A stretch of 51,359 bases of DNA from Eledone cirrhosa (Eukaryota): positions 1-51,359 of the forward strand of contig CAXHJY010001464.1 in assembly GCA_964016885.1 (NCBI GenBank), written 5' to 3'. Each line of letters starts with the position of its first letter. Position 1 is the stretch's first letter. Position numbers and translations under genes: made by a program. Below are positions 30,412 to 51,359 of the stretch, one piece after another. The notes under the pieces are model-generated. The model was not told the origin of the DNA and ran no database searches. It worked only from the letters and a program-made list of their open reading frames with translations.

Positions 30412-30574
30412 GTAAAATTGAACATTTTCTTTTTCTCTTCCATTTTATACTAATACCAAACAGCCCCTAAGTCTATGATACACTTCTGTTTGTTTTAAAG
30501 GGTTTATATTTATCTAAAAAAACTTCCATCATAATTTCCCGTAAGAACTTTTGTTAAACAACACTCCAAACACC

Positions 30575-30805
30575 AGCTTAATAATGAGTTTCTCTACCAT
30601 TGTCATATTTTGTGGAGCTCTCTACCACTCTGACATACATTGAAAAGCTATCTACTGTTCTGATATATTTTCTGAAGATCTCTAGCATTCTGACCCCTTT
30701 GGTGAAGCTCTCTACCACAGCATATATTGAGAAGCTCTCTACCATCTTGTCTCGTTTTCTGAAGCTCTCTATCATTCTGATCTAGCTTATGAAACTCTAC
30801 CATTT
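30575..30805. repeat. Degenerate ~30-bp intronic tandem repeat (GAAGCTCTCTACCAT core)
   Basis: About 7 units visible. Confidence 0.75.
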
Positions 30806-30822
30806 TTATTTCTTTATAACAG

Positions 30823-31014
30823 ACGAAAATCTATGTTGGCACAAGAGAAAAGCCTGCCCAAGTAGATATTTCAGATAGAAATGATCTTCCTAGAGACATG
30901 CGCTCATCCTATGTTCGAATTAATCCAATTGAAGCAAAGTATTTGGCGGCAGTGAAAAGATTTCAAAGGTTTCAGGGACGTAAGAAGAGTCCATTGGAAG
31001 AGCTGTTAATGTAG
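30823..31014 (+). CDS. Terminal coding exon 3 (TKIYVGTREKPAQVDISDRNDLPRDMRSSYVRINPIEAKYLAAVKRFQRFQGRKKSPLEELLM*)
   Basis: Acceptor TTTTTATTTCTTTATAACAG, phase 0, open 63 codons to TAG 31012-31014; AATAAA at ~31249. Confidence 0.7.
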   Translation, partial: TKIYVGTREKPAQVDISDRNDLPRDMRSSYVRINPIEAKYLAAVKRFQRFQGRKKSPLEELLM

Positions 31015-31352
31015 TCTTCTGTTATATAGAAGATGGACGTATGAGAAGTTATCTTTAAAAGATGCTGTTTGGATGAAGATATGAAGATAAACTCAAACCG
31101 GTTGTTATGGGAATGATATTTGTATATATGCACAGACATACAATGTATGCAGACAGACATAATATACATATATATATATATTATATATATATGTATATTA
31201 TGTCTGTGTGTATGCATACATTATATCTATGTATATGTATGTAATAGAAATAAAGACATCTTTGGCATAGTAGAATACATTTAAATAATAAGAATAAGCT
31301 TTCTCATGATCTTATCAGCACGAATCGAATAATCATCAGAAAAGTTATCCTT

Positions 31353-31405
<53 letters not shown>

Positions 31406-32435
31406 CATCATCACTATCATCATCGTTTAACATCCACTTTCCCTGCTACTAAGAGTTGGGTGGAAGCAATATATATATATATATAATCATAATTTTATGT
31501 CCACTTTTTATGCAAGCTTGGCTTGGACAGATTATTACCATTTGTGACTCGTTGGGTTAGAGAACCATGTCTTACTTGTACCATTTCAAGAGTTTCTCAT
31601 GTCCTTAACAAGACTAAAACCTCCTCTCAACCCTACATTGTCTCTGTTTGACTGTCACCACTTTTCAGAGTGTACTGGGTTCATTTTATGCTCATGTTCA
31701 CTATCATGCAGTATTGAATTTCATACATGAGTCTCATATAGTTTATTTTTTGTTCAGACAAAATCCTTTTGTTGTGAGTATAAGTAATAGCTCCCTTATC
31801 ATTGTCCCTTCCCCATTTTTGTTTCAGAACATTCACTACCACTGTTAATTAGATCCCCATGATAACAGAAGCTATTGATTACTACGTGAAAGTTCTCCAA
31901 ACCACTTGAAGCTATCTATTACACGTATATTCTTACTGCTAATTACAACTGTACATCTATTATCTATGCAAAACCCTTCTGTAAATTTCCTGTGATCCTA
32001 TTGCACGTTATGATCCTACATCCATTTACATTGTATGAAATCTTTACCTTTTTGGTATTTCAAACATGGCACAAAAATATTTTATTCTCTCTCAGCAACT
32101 AAGTTTTTGTCTTTGCTAGGTTTGCTACAAAGTTTTGCTTCCGTATTTCGAATTTCTTGTCTTTTAAAAGATTCTGTACTGCAGACTAGGTCATTGGCAT
32201 ACAGAAGTTATCATAGATCCTCTTTTATGGCTTGAATAATTATAATAATTATGAGCAAGCTGAGAAACAAGTTCTAATAGACACCTAGTTACACTCATAA
32301 TTTCCCACTGAACTCTTTGCTGGCATTAATGTTCATGGCTTCTATAGTCCTTTTAGGCCATTCATCTACACCTAGTTTTCTTAAGGACCACCGGGCTATT
32401 AATACATATATGAGATAGATATATACACAAAATTT

Positions 32436-32483
<48 letters not shown>

Positions 32484-32508
32484 ATAGACTCATATATATA
32501 TATTAGTG

Positions 32509-32720
32509 AAGGCGTGTGGCGGAGTGGTTAGAGAATTGGATTCGCAATCGTAAGGTTGTGAGTTCGATTCCTGGACCAGGCGATGCGTTATGTCCTTGAG
32601 CAAGACACTTTATTTCATGTTGCTCCTTCTACCTGGAGTTGCGACCGATAGATAGTATTAGCAATTGGAAAGACCAACGGAAACATTGTTCCCTCGGTCC
32701 GATTTGACGAAAGTCGATCG
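32509..32720 (+). mobile_element. tRNA-derived CORE-type SINE
   Basis: A box TGGCGGAGTGG, B box GAGTTCGATTCC, CORE-like TGTCCTTGAGCAAGACACTTTA; 3' part shared with ~16265-16320. Confidence 0.82.
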
Positions 32721-32724
32721 CTAA

Positions 32725-32766
<42 letters not shown>

Positions 32767-32780
32767 TACATGCACACACA

Positions 32781-33627
32781 AGACTAACTAAGAATATAGA
32801 CTAACTAAGAACATAGACTAACTAAGAACATAGACTAACTAAGAACATAGACTAACTAAGAACATAGACTAACTAAGAACATAGACTAACTAAGAACATA
32901 GACTAACTAAGAACATAGACTAACTAAGAACATAGACTAACTAAGAACATAGACTAACTAAGAACATAGACTAACTAAGAACATAGACTAACTAAGAACA
33001 TAGACTAACTAAGAACATAGACTAACTAAGAACATAGACTAACTAAGAACATGGACTAACTAAGAACATGGACTAACTAAGAACATGGACTAACTAAGAA
33101 CATGGACTAACTAAGAACATGGACTAACTAAGAACATGGACTAACTAAGAACATGGACTAACTAAGAACATGGACTAACTAAGAACATGGACTAACTAAG
33201 AACATGGACTAACTAAGAACATGGACTAACTAAGAACATGGACTAACTAAGAACATGGACTAACTAAGAACATGGACTAACTAAGAACATGGACTAACTA
33301 AGAACATGGACTAACTAAGAACATGGACTAACTAAGAACATGGACTAACTAAGAACATGGACTAACTAAGAACATGGACTAACTAAGAACATGGACTAAC
33401 TAAGAACATGGACTAACTAAGAACATGGACTAACTAAGAACATGGACTAACTAAGAACATGGACTAACTAAGAACATGGACTAACTAAGAACATGGACTA
33501 ACTAAGAACATGGACTAACTAAGAACATGGACTAACTAAGAACATGGACTAACTAAGAACATGGACTAACTAAGAACATGGACTAAGAACATGGACTAAC
33601 TAAGAACATGGACTAACTAAGAACATG
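32781..33627 (+). repeat. 17-bp tandem array, about 50 copies (RGACTAACTAAGAACAT)
   Basis: 16 A-type units then G-type units from 33053; one unit has a 4-nt deletion near 33580. Confidence 0.97.
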
Positions 33628-34686
33628 GATTTTACATGTGGCCGGTGCTCTGGTGCAATAAGTAGCAGCAAGTGCCCACAAAATACTAGCTCTTTCAATT
33701 GCGCAGAGGGTTCTATAGAAATAGTGGACAGCTTCCGTTACCTGGGTGACAAAATCAGCAGTGGGGGAGAGTGCTCTGAAAATACAGTAGCTAGAGTCAG
33801 AACTGGATGGAAAAAGTTCAGAGAGCTTATACCACTATTAGCCGCTAAAGGGTTCTCCCTAAAAATGAAAGGCAGGTTGTATGATGCCTGCATACGAACC
33901 GCAATGTTGCATGGCAGTGAGACCTGGGCATTGTGTGCAGAGGATATACGCAGACTAGAGAGGAACGAAGCTTGCATGCTCTGCTGGATGTGTAATAGTA
34001 ATATACGTGAACGGCAAAGCATAAGCGAACTAAGGAAAAAATTAGAAATAAGAGGGAGCAGATGTTGTTTACTCGAGAGAAGGCTACGTTGGTATGGTCA
34101 CGTGATGCGCATGAAAGACAACAGCTGTATAACAAAGTGCAGGGCAATAAAGATAGACGGTAGCTACAGAGTAGGCAGAACCAGAAAAACCTGGGACGAG
34201 CTGATAAATTCCGACCTCACACACTTACACCTTTCCAAGACAATGTCACTGGACCGAGACCTTTGGCGGTACTCAGTAATAGAGAAGACCCGCCTTACCT
34301 GAAATACAAAGTAAAACCTACTACAGTCGGGCATCTCTAACAAAATACACCCCGTCCCACCATCCCCACCCCATCCACACCGCCCCTTTCAATGTAAAGT
34401 TATGTTGGTGCCACAACATCCAGGCCGAAACAAATGAGATCGTGTAGGTGTCACAACAAAAAAAAACACAGTCCACGCTGTAATGTGGCCGTGTAGGCAA
34501 TACAGTAAAAACCTCCCAGCCCCACACTGTAAATGTGGTTGGTGTTAGGAAGGGCATCCAGCTGTAGAAAACCCGCCAGACAGTCCTATGCGAGCAAGAC
34601 AATCACTCTTGCCTCAAGTGGGAAAACTCCCGTCCAAACCCATGCAAGCGTGGAACACGGACGTTAAACGATGATGATGATGATGA
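33625..34686 (+). mobile_element. 5'-truncated RTE LINE with open ORF end, 3'UTR and (GAT)n tail
   Basis: 225-aa ORF FTCGRC...FRYLGD...KGRLYDACIRTAMLHGSETW...[12 protein letters not shown]...GRTRKTW; ends GGACGTTAAACGATGATGATGA. Confidence 0.93.
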
Positions 34687-35307
34687 CACAGTTCTTATGT
34701 TATTGCTCTTTCTTCTCTTCACCCTCTTGGCCATGTTACTTTGAATGAACAAACACAGTACTGGGTACTCAATACTCTATAGTCTGGTCTGGCAAGATTT
34801 AAATAAACGTCGTTATGGTTGGCAACACAACAAAATACACCCAGTACACTCTGCAAAATGGTTGAACAAGTACAGGTAATGTAAGATTGAAAGGACCGAA
34901 ATAGCTGTACTGTGGACATAACAATCTCTATAGTGTTGGTGACATGGATCAGATTGGGACTATCTACCCAACACATGGAGAGCAGACATAACATAAGAAC
35001 GATGATTATCATGATGATGATGATATACATGCCACATGTATGAACGAATATATTTTTACTTATACACACACAAACATATATAATGTATTATGTTGTGAAC
35101 AATACATATACACATAATGTATTATGTTGTGAACAATAGACATATATATGCATGCATACATACATATACACACGTATGCACAGCTAATATAGTTTGTTGG
35201 GAGTGATACATGTTATTTTAGAGGTGACCCTTTGGTATTTATGTTTTAACATGTTTTGGGGAAAGTGAGACGAATATTTGGGATTTATTTATGGTTGATA
35301 TATTTTA

Positions 35308-35470
35308 AGGTGGTGCATTGGCAGACTTGTTAGGGGTGTTGGATTAAATGGTTTAGATTTTCTTCTGGTTCACTATGCTCTATGTTTAAATCTCGCTGAA
35401 GTCAACTTTGCTTTTTGTTCCTTCAAGGTTGATAAACAACATTCTAGTCCAGTATTGGTGTCGATTCTTT
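35308..35470 (+). mobile_element. Degenerate MetaSINE-like SINE
   Basis: GTTTAAATCTCGCTGAAGTCAACTTTGCTTTTTGTTCCTTCAAGGTTGATAAAC. Confidence 0.6.
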
Positions 35471-35619
35471 CACTATTTCTCTTTATCTATCATTTTCTCC
35501 GACCTGGAGACAGATGGGAGCTCCACCAAGTTTAAAATGTTCAAGACATGCCATGTATCAGGACAGTGCCCCTATGACTCTATCAGGAGTTAAGGGTCCT
35601 TTCGTTTTCTGATATGTTT

Positions 35620-35985
35620 TAGTAAGGCTACCCTTTGATGAATGTTTAGTGGGGCTGTCATAGTAATACATTAAGGTAACCCTTTGTGATGTTTCAATAT
35701 TTTAGTGGGGCTACCATTTAGGGTTTACTTAGGTAGCCCTTTGTGATATTTTAGTGGGGTAGTTTTGGGGGAGATATTCAGTGGGGTTACCCTTTAGGCT
35801 TAGTTAGGTGGCCCTTTGTGATATTTTAATGGGACTACTTGTTAGATTTAGTTAGGAAGCCCTTTGTGATATTTTAGTGTGGTAGTCTTTTGGGGGCATT
35901 AGTTTAATATACATTAGTAGCATAGCAATATTTTAATTGAACAGCTCTTTGTGATACAATATGTTGGTAGGGCTGCTCTTTCAAA
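35620..35985. repeat. Degenerate ~45-55 bp tandem repeat (CCCTTTGTGATATTTTAGTGGGG core)
   Basis: Recurring core about 7 times. Confidence 0.7.
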
Positions 35986-36026
35986 TATGTCTTTCATGCT
36001 TTTTGGACATTGTGTGCGTGTGTATG

Positions 36027-36071
<45 letters not shown>

Positions 36072-36272
36072 TCACTCACTCACTCATTGTTTAATGTCTA
36101 TTTTCCACACTAGCATGTGTTGTTAGATGGGTTGTCCCATTTGAGGCAAGTCAGGTCAGATGTGTGTGTGATTGCGTATGTATATATACACAGTTGAAAC
36201 GGTAAAAGAAAGAAGAGTGTTCTTTGTATAGTACAGAACTATTTAATTATATAATAAACAACACAACATAAT

Positions 36273-36343
36273 TATTCCATTACCCAAGGTTTCACGAAAT
36301 TAGATGATTCTAACAGAAACGTCTAGTTCGTTCATCAGATAGA
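36273..36343 (-). ncRNA. Mirror-image hammerhead ribozyme
   Basis: Same core on the minus strand; helix I reduced to 5 bp (TCTAT/ATGGA). Confidence 0.65.
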
Positions 36344-36417
36344 TATTTCATCTGATGAACGAACTAGACGTTTCTGTTAGAATCATCTAATTTCGTGAAA
36401 CCTTGGGTAATGAAATA
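36344..36417 (+). ncRNA. Type I hammerhead ribozyme
   Basis: TATTTCAT-CTGATGA-ACGAA...TTCGT-GAAA-CCttgGG-TA-ATGAAATA; 8-bp perfect helix I; predicted cut after 36409. Confidence 0.88.
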
Positions 36418-36579
36418 ATTATATTGTGTATGTGTATGTATACGTATGTATATATAGTTGTGGTTGCATGAAAAATGCATCCATAGGCGGTATTCCCATT
36501 GAGCACTCGATGGTCGCACAGAGCAGAGTATAATACTATAAGCAACAAGGATTCAGTGTTGCATCATAACATATTTAAT

Positions 36580-36673
36580 AACATATTACATATGTTTCAC
36601 TATTGATCAGCTCGAGGCAAGGCCTATTATAGATCGAACCTGACTCTGTAATTGAATGGTCATCAGATATGCT
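36580..36673 (-). ncRNA. Type I hammerhead ribozyme, family 1
   Basis: Minus: AGCATAT-CTGATGA-61 nt (homologous to 19550-19612)-GAAA-CATATG-TA-ATATGTT; bracketed by inverted repeat 36533-36571/36699-36737; base of helix II pairs poorly. Confidence 0.72.
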
Positions 36674-36779
36674 TAGTATCTGAATTCGTCTCCGATTCTG
36701 TTATGATGCAACATTGAATCCTTGTTCCTTATAGTGTGTGCGCGTGTGTGTATATATATATATATATAATATATATATA

Positions 36780-39700
36780 AATTTGGTCGTTTAGGAAGCC
36801 TCAACAATGCAGATGGGTAAATCTCCGAATAACAGAATCCGGTGGTGAAGAGAGATATCGGAGGAAATGTAGAATGAGATGTATAGTGTGTAGAGGAATG
36901 TAGGAAAGAGCGTAAAAATAAAAATAATACGAGATAGTTACCTTGGGAGAGATTTAATTGTCTCTATATTTCGGATTTCGCATCCATCAACTGGGGTTTT
37001 TCCGAGGGGGAAAGTTATGTCAGAGAGGAATGGTATGTGGCCTCTGTTGTCTGCCGTTTGTGTGTAACTGAGATATTCTGTAGAGCGCGCGGAATAGGTG
37101 CGGTCAAACACAGGTCAGAGTGGGATGGTGCTTTGCTGTCAATCCATTATACTACCTATATTCAGTCTTTGATACCGGCAGTGTTGGTAGTCTGCCTGGT
37201 TGTCGCTTGTTGGTTGGTGGATGGTGTGGGTGCTATACACACAATAACAATCGTTCGAATGCCACTGTATGTGTGTGTGTGCGTGCATGTGCTGTTGTCT
37301 CGTTTGTTTACACCAGCTACCTTGTCTTGCTTCTCTCGGATTGGTTATTTATTTGTTGTCCTAGGCATTTGATCCAAAGTGCTTCTTTGATTTGTAATGT
37401 ACCGACGTTGTGTTCTGTCGCTAGCACTGTGACAATGGGCCTTCCGTCTTTGTTTCCACATTTGGTTATGTGTTTCTGGAAAGACGAGGCCCTGGTGTTG
37501 TTGTGCTTCTTGATCCGGATATGTAGCGGCCGGATTGTGCTACCGATATACTAGTGGTTGCACTTGTCACATTCTACCCTGTACACAACGTATGTGCGTA
37601 AGCAACAGTTCGTTTGGCTCATCGGACAGTTTCTGAGGGAACACGCGTCAGTCGATTTCCTGGGTTTCCTGGAGAGGCATCTCCATAGGGAGGGGCCCGA
37701 GTGGGCCAGGTGGATGTCAAGGCCCTCTCTCCGTACAGCCCTGCGGATAGCGTTGGTGGTTTTCCTCGCCCAGGTGTGGGATTTTAAGGAAGCACTTGCC
37801 TTGGGTGTTTCTCTGCTTCTTGTGTCTGGTGTTTCTTATTCTGTTTGTAATCGAGGCTGGGTATCCGTTCGTCTCCAGAACCCTGAGGAACCGCTTGGTA
37901 TGGGTGACACCAATCACGGGGTCGCTACATCTGTTTTTAATTTGCGTGATCTCGTTCGTAATGTACCCTCTTTTAGCACTGTTAGGGAGGGCAGACTTGT
38001 AGTGGACGAACAAGTCCCTGCAGGCAGCCTTGTGGTAGAAGTTGGTGTGGATCCCTCCCTGCTCTGTGATGTTGATTCGGAAGTCGAGGAGGGCAAGAGA
38101 CTCGTCGTCGTTGGGGTGTTCAACACTGAGATCAATATTCTTGTCCGTGTTGCTGAACGTCTCGTAAATCCCGCTCACCATCTCCTGGGAAGATATGAGG
38201 ATGTCGTCCACGTACCTTGAGAAGAAGGCGACGGCATTGGGGTGGCAGGTGTTGATGCCTTGCACTTGAGGCCATCCATGTATGAGATCGCTAGCTCACC
38301 CGACAGGCTTGAGACCATGGGCAGCCCTGAGGTTTGCCGGTATGTTTGGTCGAGAAAACCGAAATACGTGTTGTCATCGACAACAGATAGGAGCTGGTGG
38401 ATGTCAGTGAGGGTGAGCTCGAAGCAGTGTAGGTTGGTAGATTGAACGCGTTCCATCAGTATATCAATGGCCGAGAGCGCAGGGATCAAGGTGTAAAGAG
38501 CGACCACATCAAGGCTGAAGGCATACCTGTTAGCCTTTCTGGTGTCGAGATCTATTTGATGCAGGCGCTCCAACACATCCTCGGAGCTGTTTACATGTCC
38601 CGGCAAGGTGTCCAGTATGGGTTTAAGTATTCTGTCTAGGAGCCATGAAATTTTGTAGAGCGGTCCTTCCACGCTAGATACAATAGGTCTGATCTTCAGG
38701 TCAGGTCCCTGTTTGTGTGTTTTCACAAGGTGGTAGAAGGTGGGTAGTCTGCTGTTCCTCATGAGGAGGTTGTATCTGAGCTTCTTCAGGAGTTTCCGCC
38801 GGTCACAGATGTTGGTCCAGGCAGTGTTGATGTGCTCCTCGATCTGCGCGGGAGTGATTCCTGTGACTTTGGAGTAGAGGTGTCATCATCAAGGTGTTGT
38901 AGGCCTCTCTGCTGATGACGCATAATTCTTTTCCCTTGTTGGAGGGGAGGTAGATGAGGTTCCTCGATTTCAGGTTGGAGAGAGTGGTGAGTTGAGATTT
39001 AGTGAGGTTGTGTGCTGTGTGTGTTTGTGTAGGATATCAGAGATGGAGTGTTTTAACCTGATGAGTTTGTGGTTGGTGGATTGGGGGGGGGGGGGGGGAG
39101 TGGATTATCGAGGTGGTAAGTGGGGAATTGGGGTGGGTTGTGTGGGTGCTGTTATTTTCCTTGGCGCTGTTGATGGCGGTCACCCATTTAAGTTGGTAGG
39201 CGGCTCGGCAGAAGTTGGCTTTGATGTCGAGTTTAGTCTGTCATCGTGCCGCTATGAGGACGATGAACTTGGGTCCAAGGCGTAGGAGTTCCAGCACATC
39301 GTTCGTGAGGGTGCGGCTAGGTCGGTGACCAGGTGCGATGCATCGTTAAGGTGTGGCTCGGTGTTGGTGGTGTGGCGGCGGCGGTTGTTACGTTGCTGTT
39401 TATCACGTGGTTCTGGTGTCTGTTTGTTAGTGTCGGTGTTTTCGTTGTGGAGTTTAAGCAAGATCCATTCATATTTCCGCTTGAGCCGGTTTTTTTTTCG
39501 TGTTAGCACTGGTTGATTGCTTTTGTAATTTTAAGGAGCAAGTTGCTGGGTGTTATTGTTAATCGATGTGTCCGCTTATGGATGTGTAATTGGCGGTTGA
39601 GATGTCTCGGGATCTGTTTGATACATGAGCAGTGTATGCGGCTAGCGGTGTTTTGAAAAGCTGGTGTACGTAGGCATTCTGGTAAGCGGATGTTCCTGAT

Positions 39701-39780
39701 GGTGGTGGGGATGACATCGTTTTTTAGACAGCGTTTTAGGAAAATAATTTGACAGCCAACATTGGCCCATTTCTCCGACA
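36780..39780 (-). mobile_element. Penelope-like retroelement (RT + GIY-YIG), pseudogenised, near full ORF
   Basis: IFLKRCLKNDVIP N-terminus; LPTFYHLVKTHK..IRPIVS; FSLDVVALYT; QTSGLPMVSSLS; RYVDDIL; LLDFRI; VVYRVEC...*YIGSTIRPLHIRIKKH...IKEALWI ending ~37317; frameshifts and stops. Confidence 0.93.
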
Positions 39781-39828
39781 GTGGAAGATAGACATTAAAC
39801 GATGATATATATATATATATATATATAT

Positions 39829-40630
39829 ATCATCATCATTTAACATCTATCTTCCACGCTAACATGGGTTAGACGGGAGTTGTCACAATTCGAGGCAAGG
39901 TTGGTCGGGTGACCATGTCTCGCTCGTATAGGACTGTCTGGCAGGTTTTCTACGGCTGAATGCCCTTCCTAACACCAACCACATTTACAATATGGACTGG
40001 GAACTTTTTACCATCTTACTAAACACGATCTCGATCTCATTATCTCATTAATTTTGACTGGATGTTGTGGTACCAACTTTACAGAGAGATGGTGGTGTTG
40101 GTGGGAGTGGGAGGATGGAGTAGGGGTAGTGGGATGGGGTGTATATTAGGTGCCTACTGACTGTAGATTTCACTTTGTACATAGGCAAGGCGTGTCTTCT
40201 GTATTACTGTATAGCGCCAAAGATCTCGGTCCAGTACATTGTCTTAGAGAGGTGCAAGTGTGTAAGGTCGGAATTTATCAAATCATCCCAGGTTTTTCTG
40301 GGTCTACCTACTCCGTAGCTACCATCAATTTTGATCGTCCTGCTAATTTTTATACAGCTGTCATCTTTCATGCGCATCACGTGACCATACCAACGTAGTC
40401 TTCTCTCAAGTAAAACAGCATCTGATCCCTCTTATTCCTAATTTCCCACTTAGTTCATTTATGTTTTGCCGTTCACGTATATTACTATTTCACATCCAAC
40501 GGAGCATACATACTCATCCTTTCCAGTCTGCGCAGGACCTCTGCAGACAATGCCCCATGTCTCACTGCCATGTAACATTGTATGATGCCTGTATACCAAC
40601 AGCAATCTGCCTTTCATTTTTAGAGAGATA
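39829..40630 (-). mobile_element. Older RTE LINE 3' fragment, same family as 33625-34686
   Basis: SLKMKGRL...MLHGSETW, matching 3'UTR and (GAT)n tail abutting (TA)n. Confidence 0.87.
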
Positions 40631-40898
40631 AAATGTGTGTGGAAAGTCAAAAATAGAGAGCAACAAGACAAACAATACTTCATGGACAACACAAATGTTC
40701 TGGCACCATGATTCAAAATCCATGTCAGTGTGTCTAATTCTTTAACCACTTAGTCATGCACCTTTACACATACATATTTCTCTACATATTTCCTTTTTAC
40801 ATAGATTCATAATTTTTATGTTTGTCCATCATTCATATATAACACATGTATTTTCACCAACTCTTCGAATTATGTTATGTCACTTGATATTCATATCA

Positions 40899-51359
<10,461 letters not shown>

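Larger units (their letters stand above)
36261..36429. mobile_element. Palindromic hammerhead element, family 2, with a core on both strands
   Basis: 80-bp arms 36261-36340/36350-36429 with 2 mismatches. Confidence 0.8.

Noticed and set aside
32509-32580. tRNA gene (also 11072-11165)
   Set aside because: A/B boxes run into SINE core domains and there is no intact cloverleaf
37558-38220. 220-aa + strand ORF
   Set aside because: Antisense shadow of the Penelope RT/endonuclease

Overview
AT-rich, repeat-dense eukaryotic window. The repeat landscape suggests a cephalopod such as Octopus (inference). About 35-40% is (TA)n/(TATG)n microsatellite (1-2640, 3733-5826, 6005-6666, 7871-8350, 40899-51359), and the very long Y/I/M/C ORFs are artefacts of it. 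The rest holds decayed transposons: RTE LINE fragments, two internally deleted DD37D (maT) Tc1/mariner copies, tRNA-derived Meta/CORE SINEs, a hAT-type MITE, a near-complete Penelope-like element (RT + GIY-YIG) and a rearranged Neptune-type endonuclease fragment. One host gene model is supported: three coding exons on + (26960-29024, 30071-30411, 30823-31014, about 865 aa) with 27 tandem NGHNDYPAP repeats. The most notable signal is five short ORF-less fold-back elements (about 3.5k, 19.4k, 26.1k, 36.3k, 36.6k). Four carry a complete type I hammerhead ribozyme fold in two sequence families with compensatory helix changes, and one carries half a ribozyme. They look like non-autonomous, retrozyme-like Penelope satellites. 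Also notable is a 50-copy 17-bp array apparently made from the 5'-terminal 17 nt of a truncated RTE LINE.
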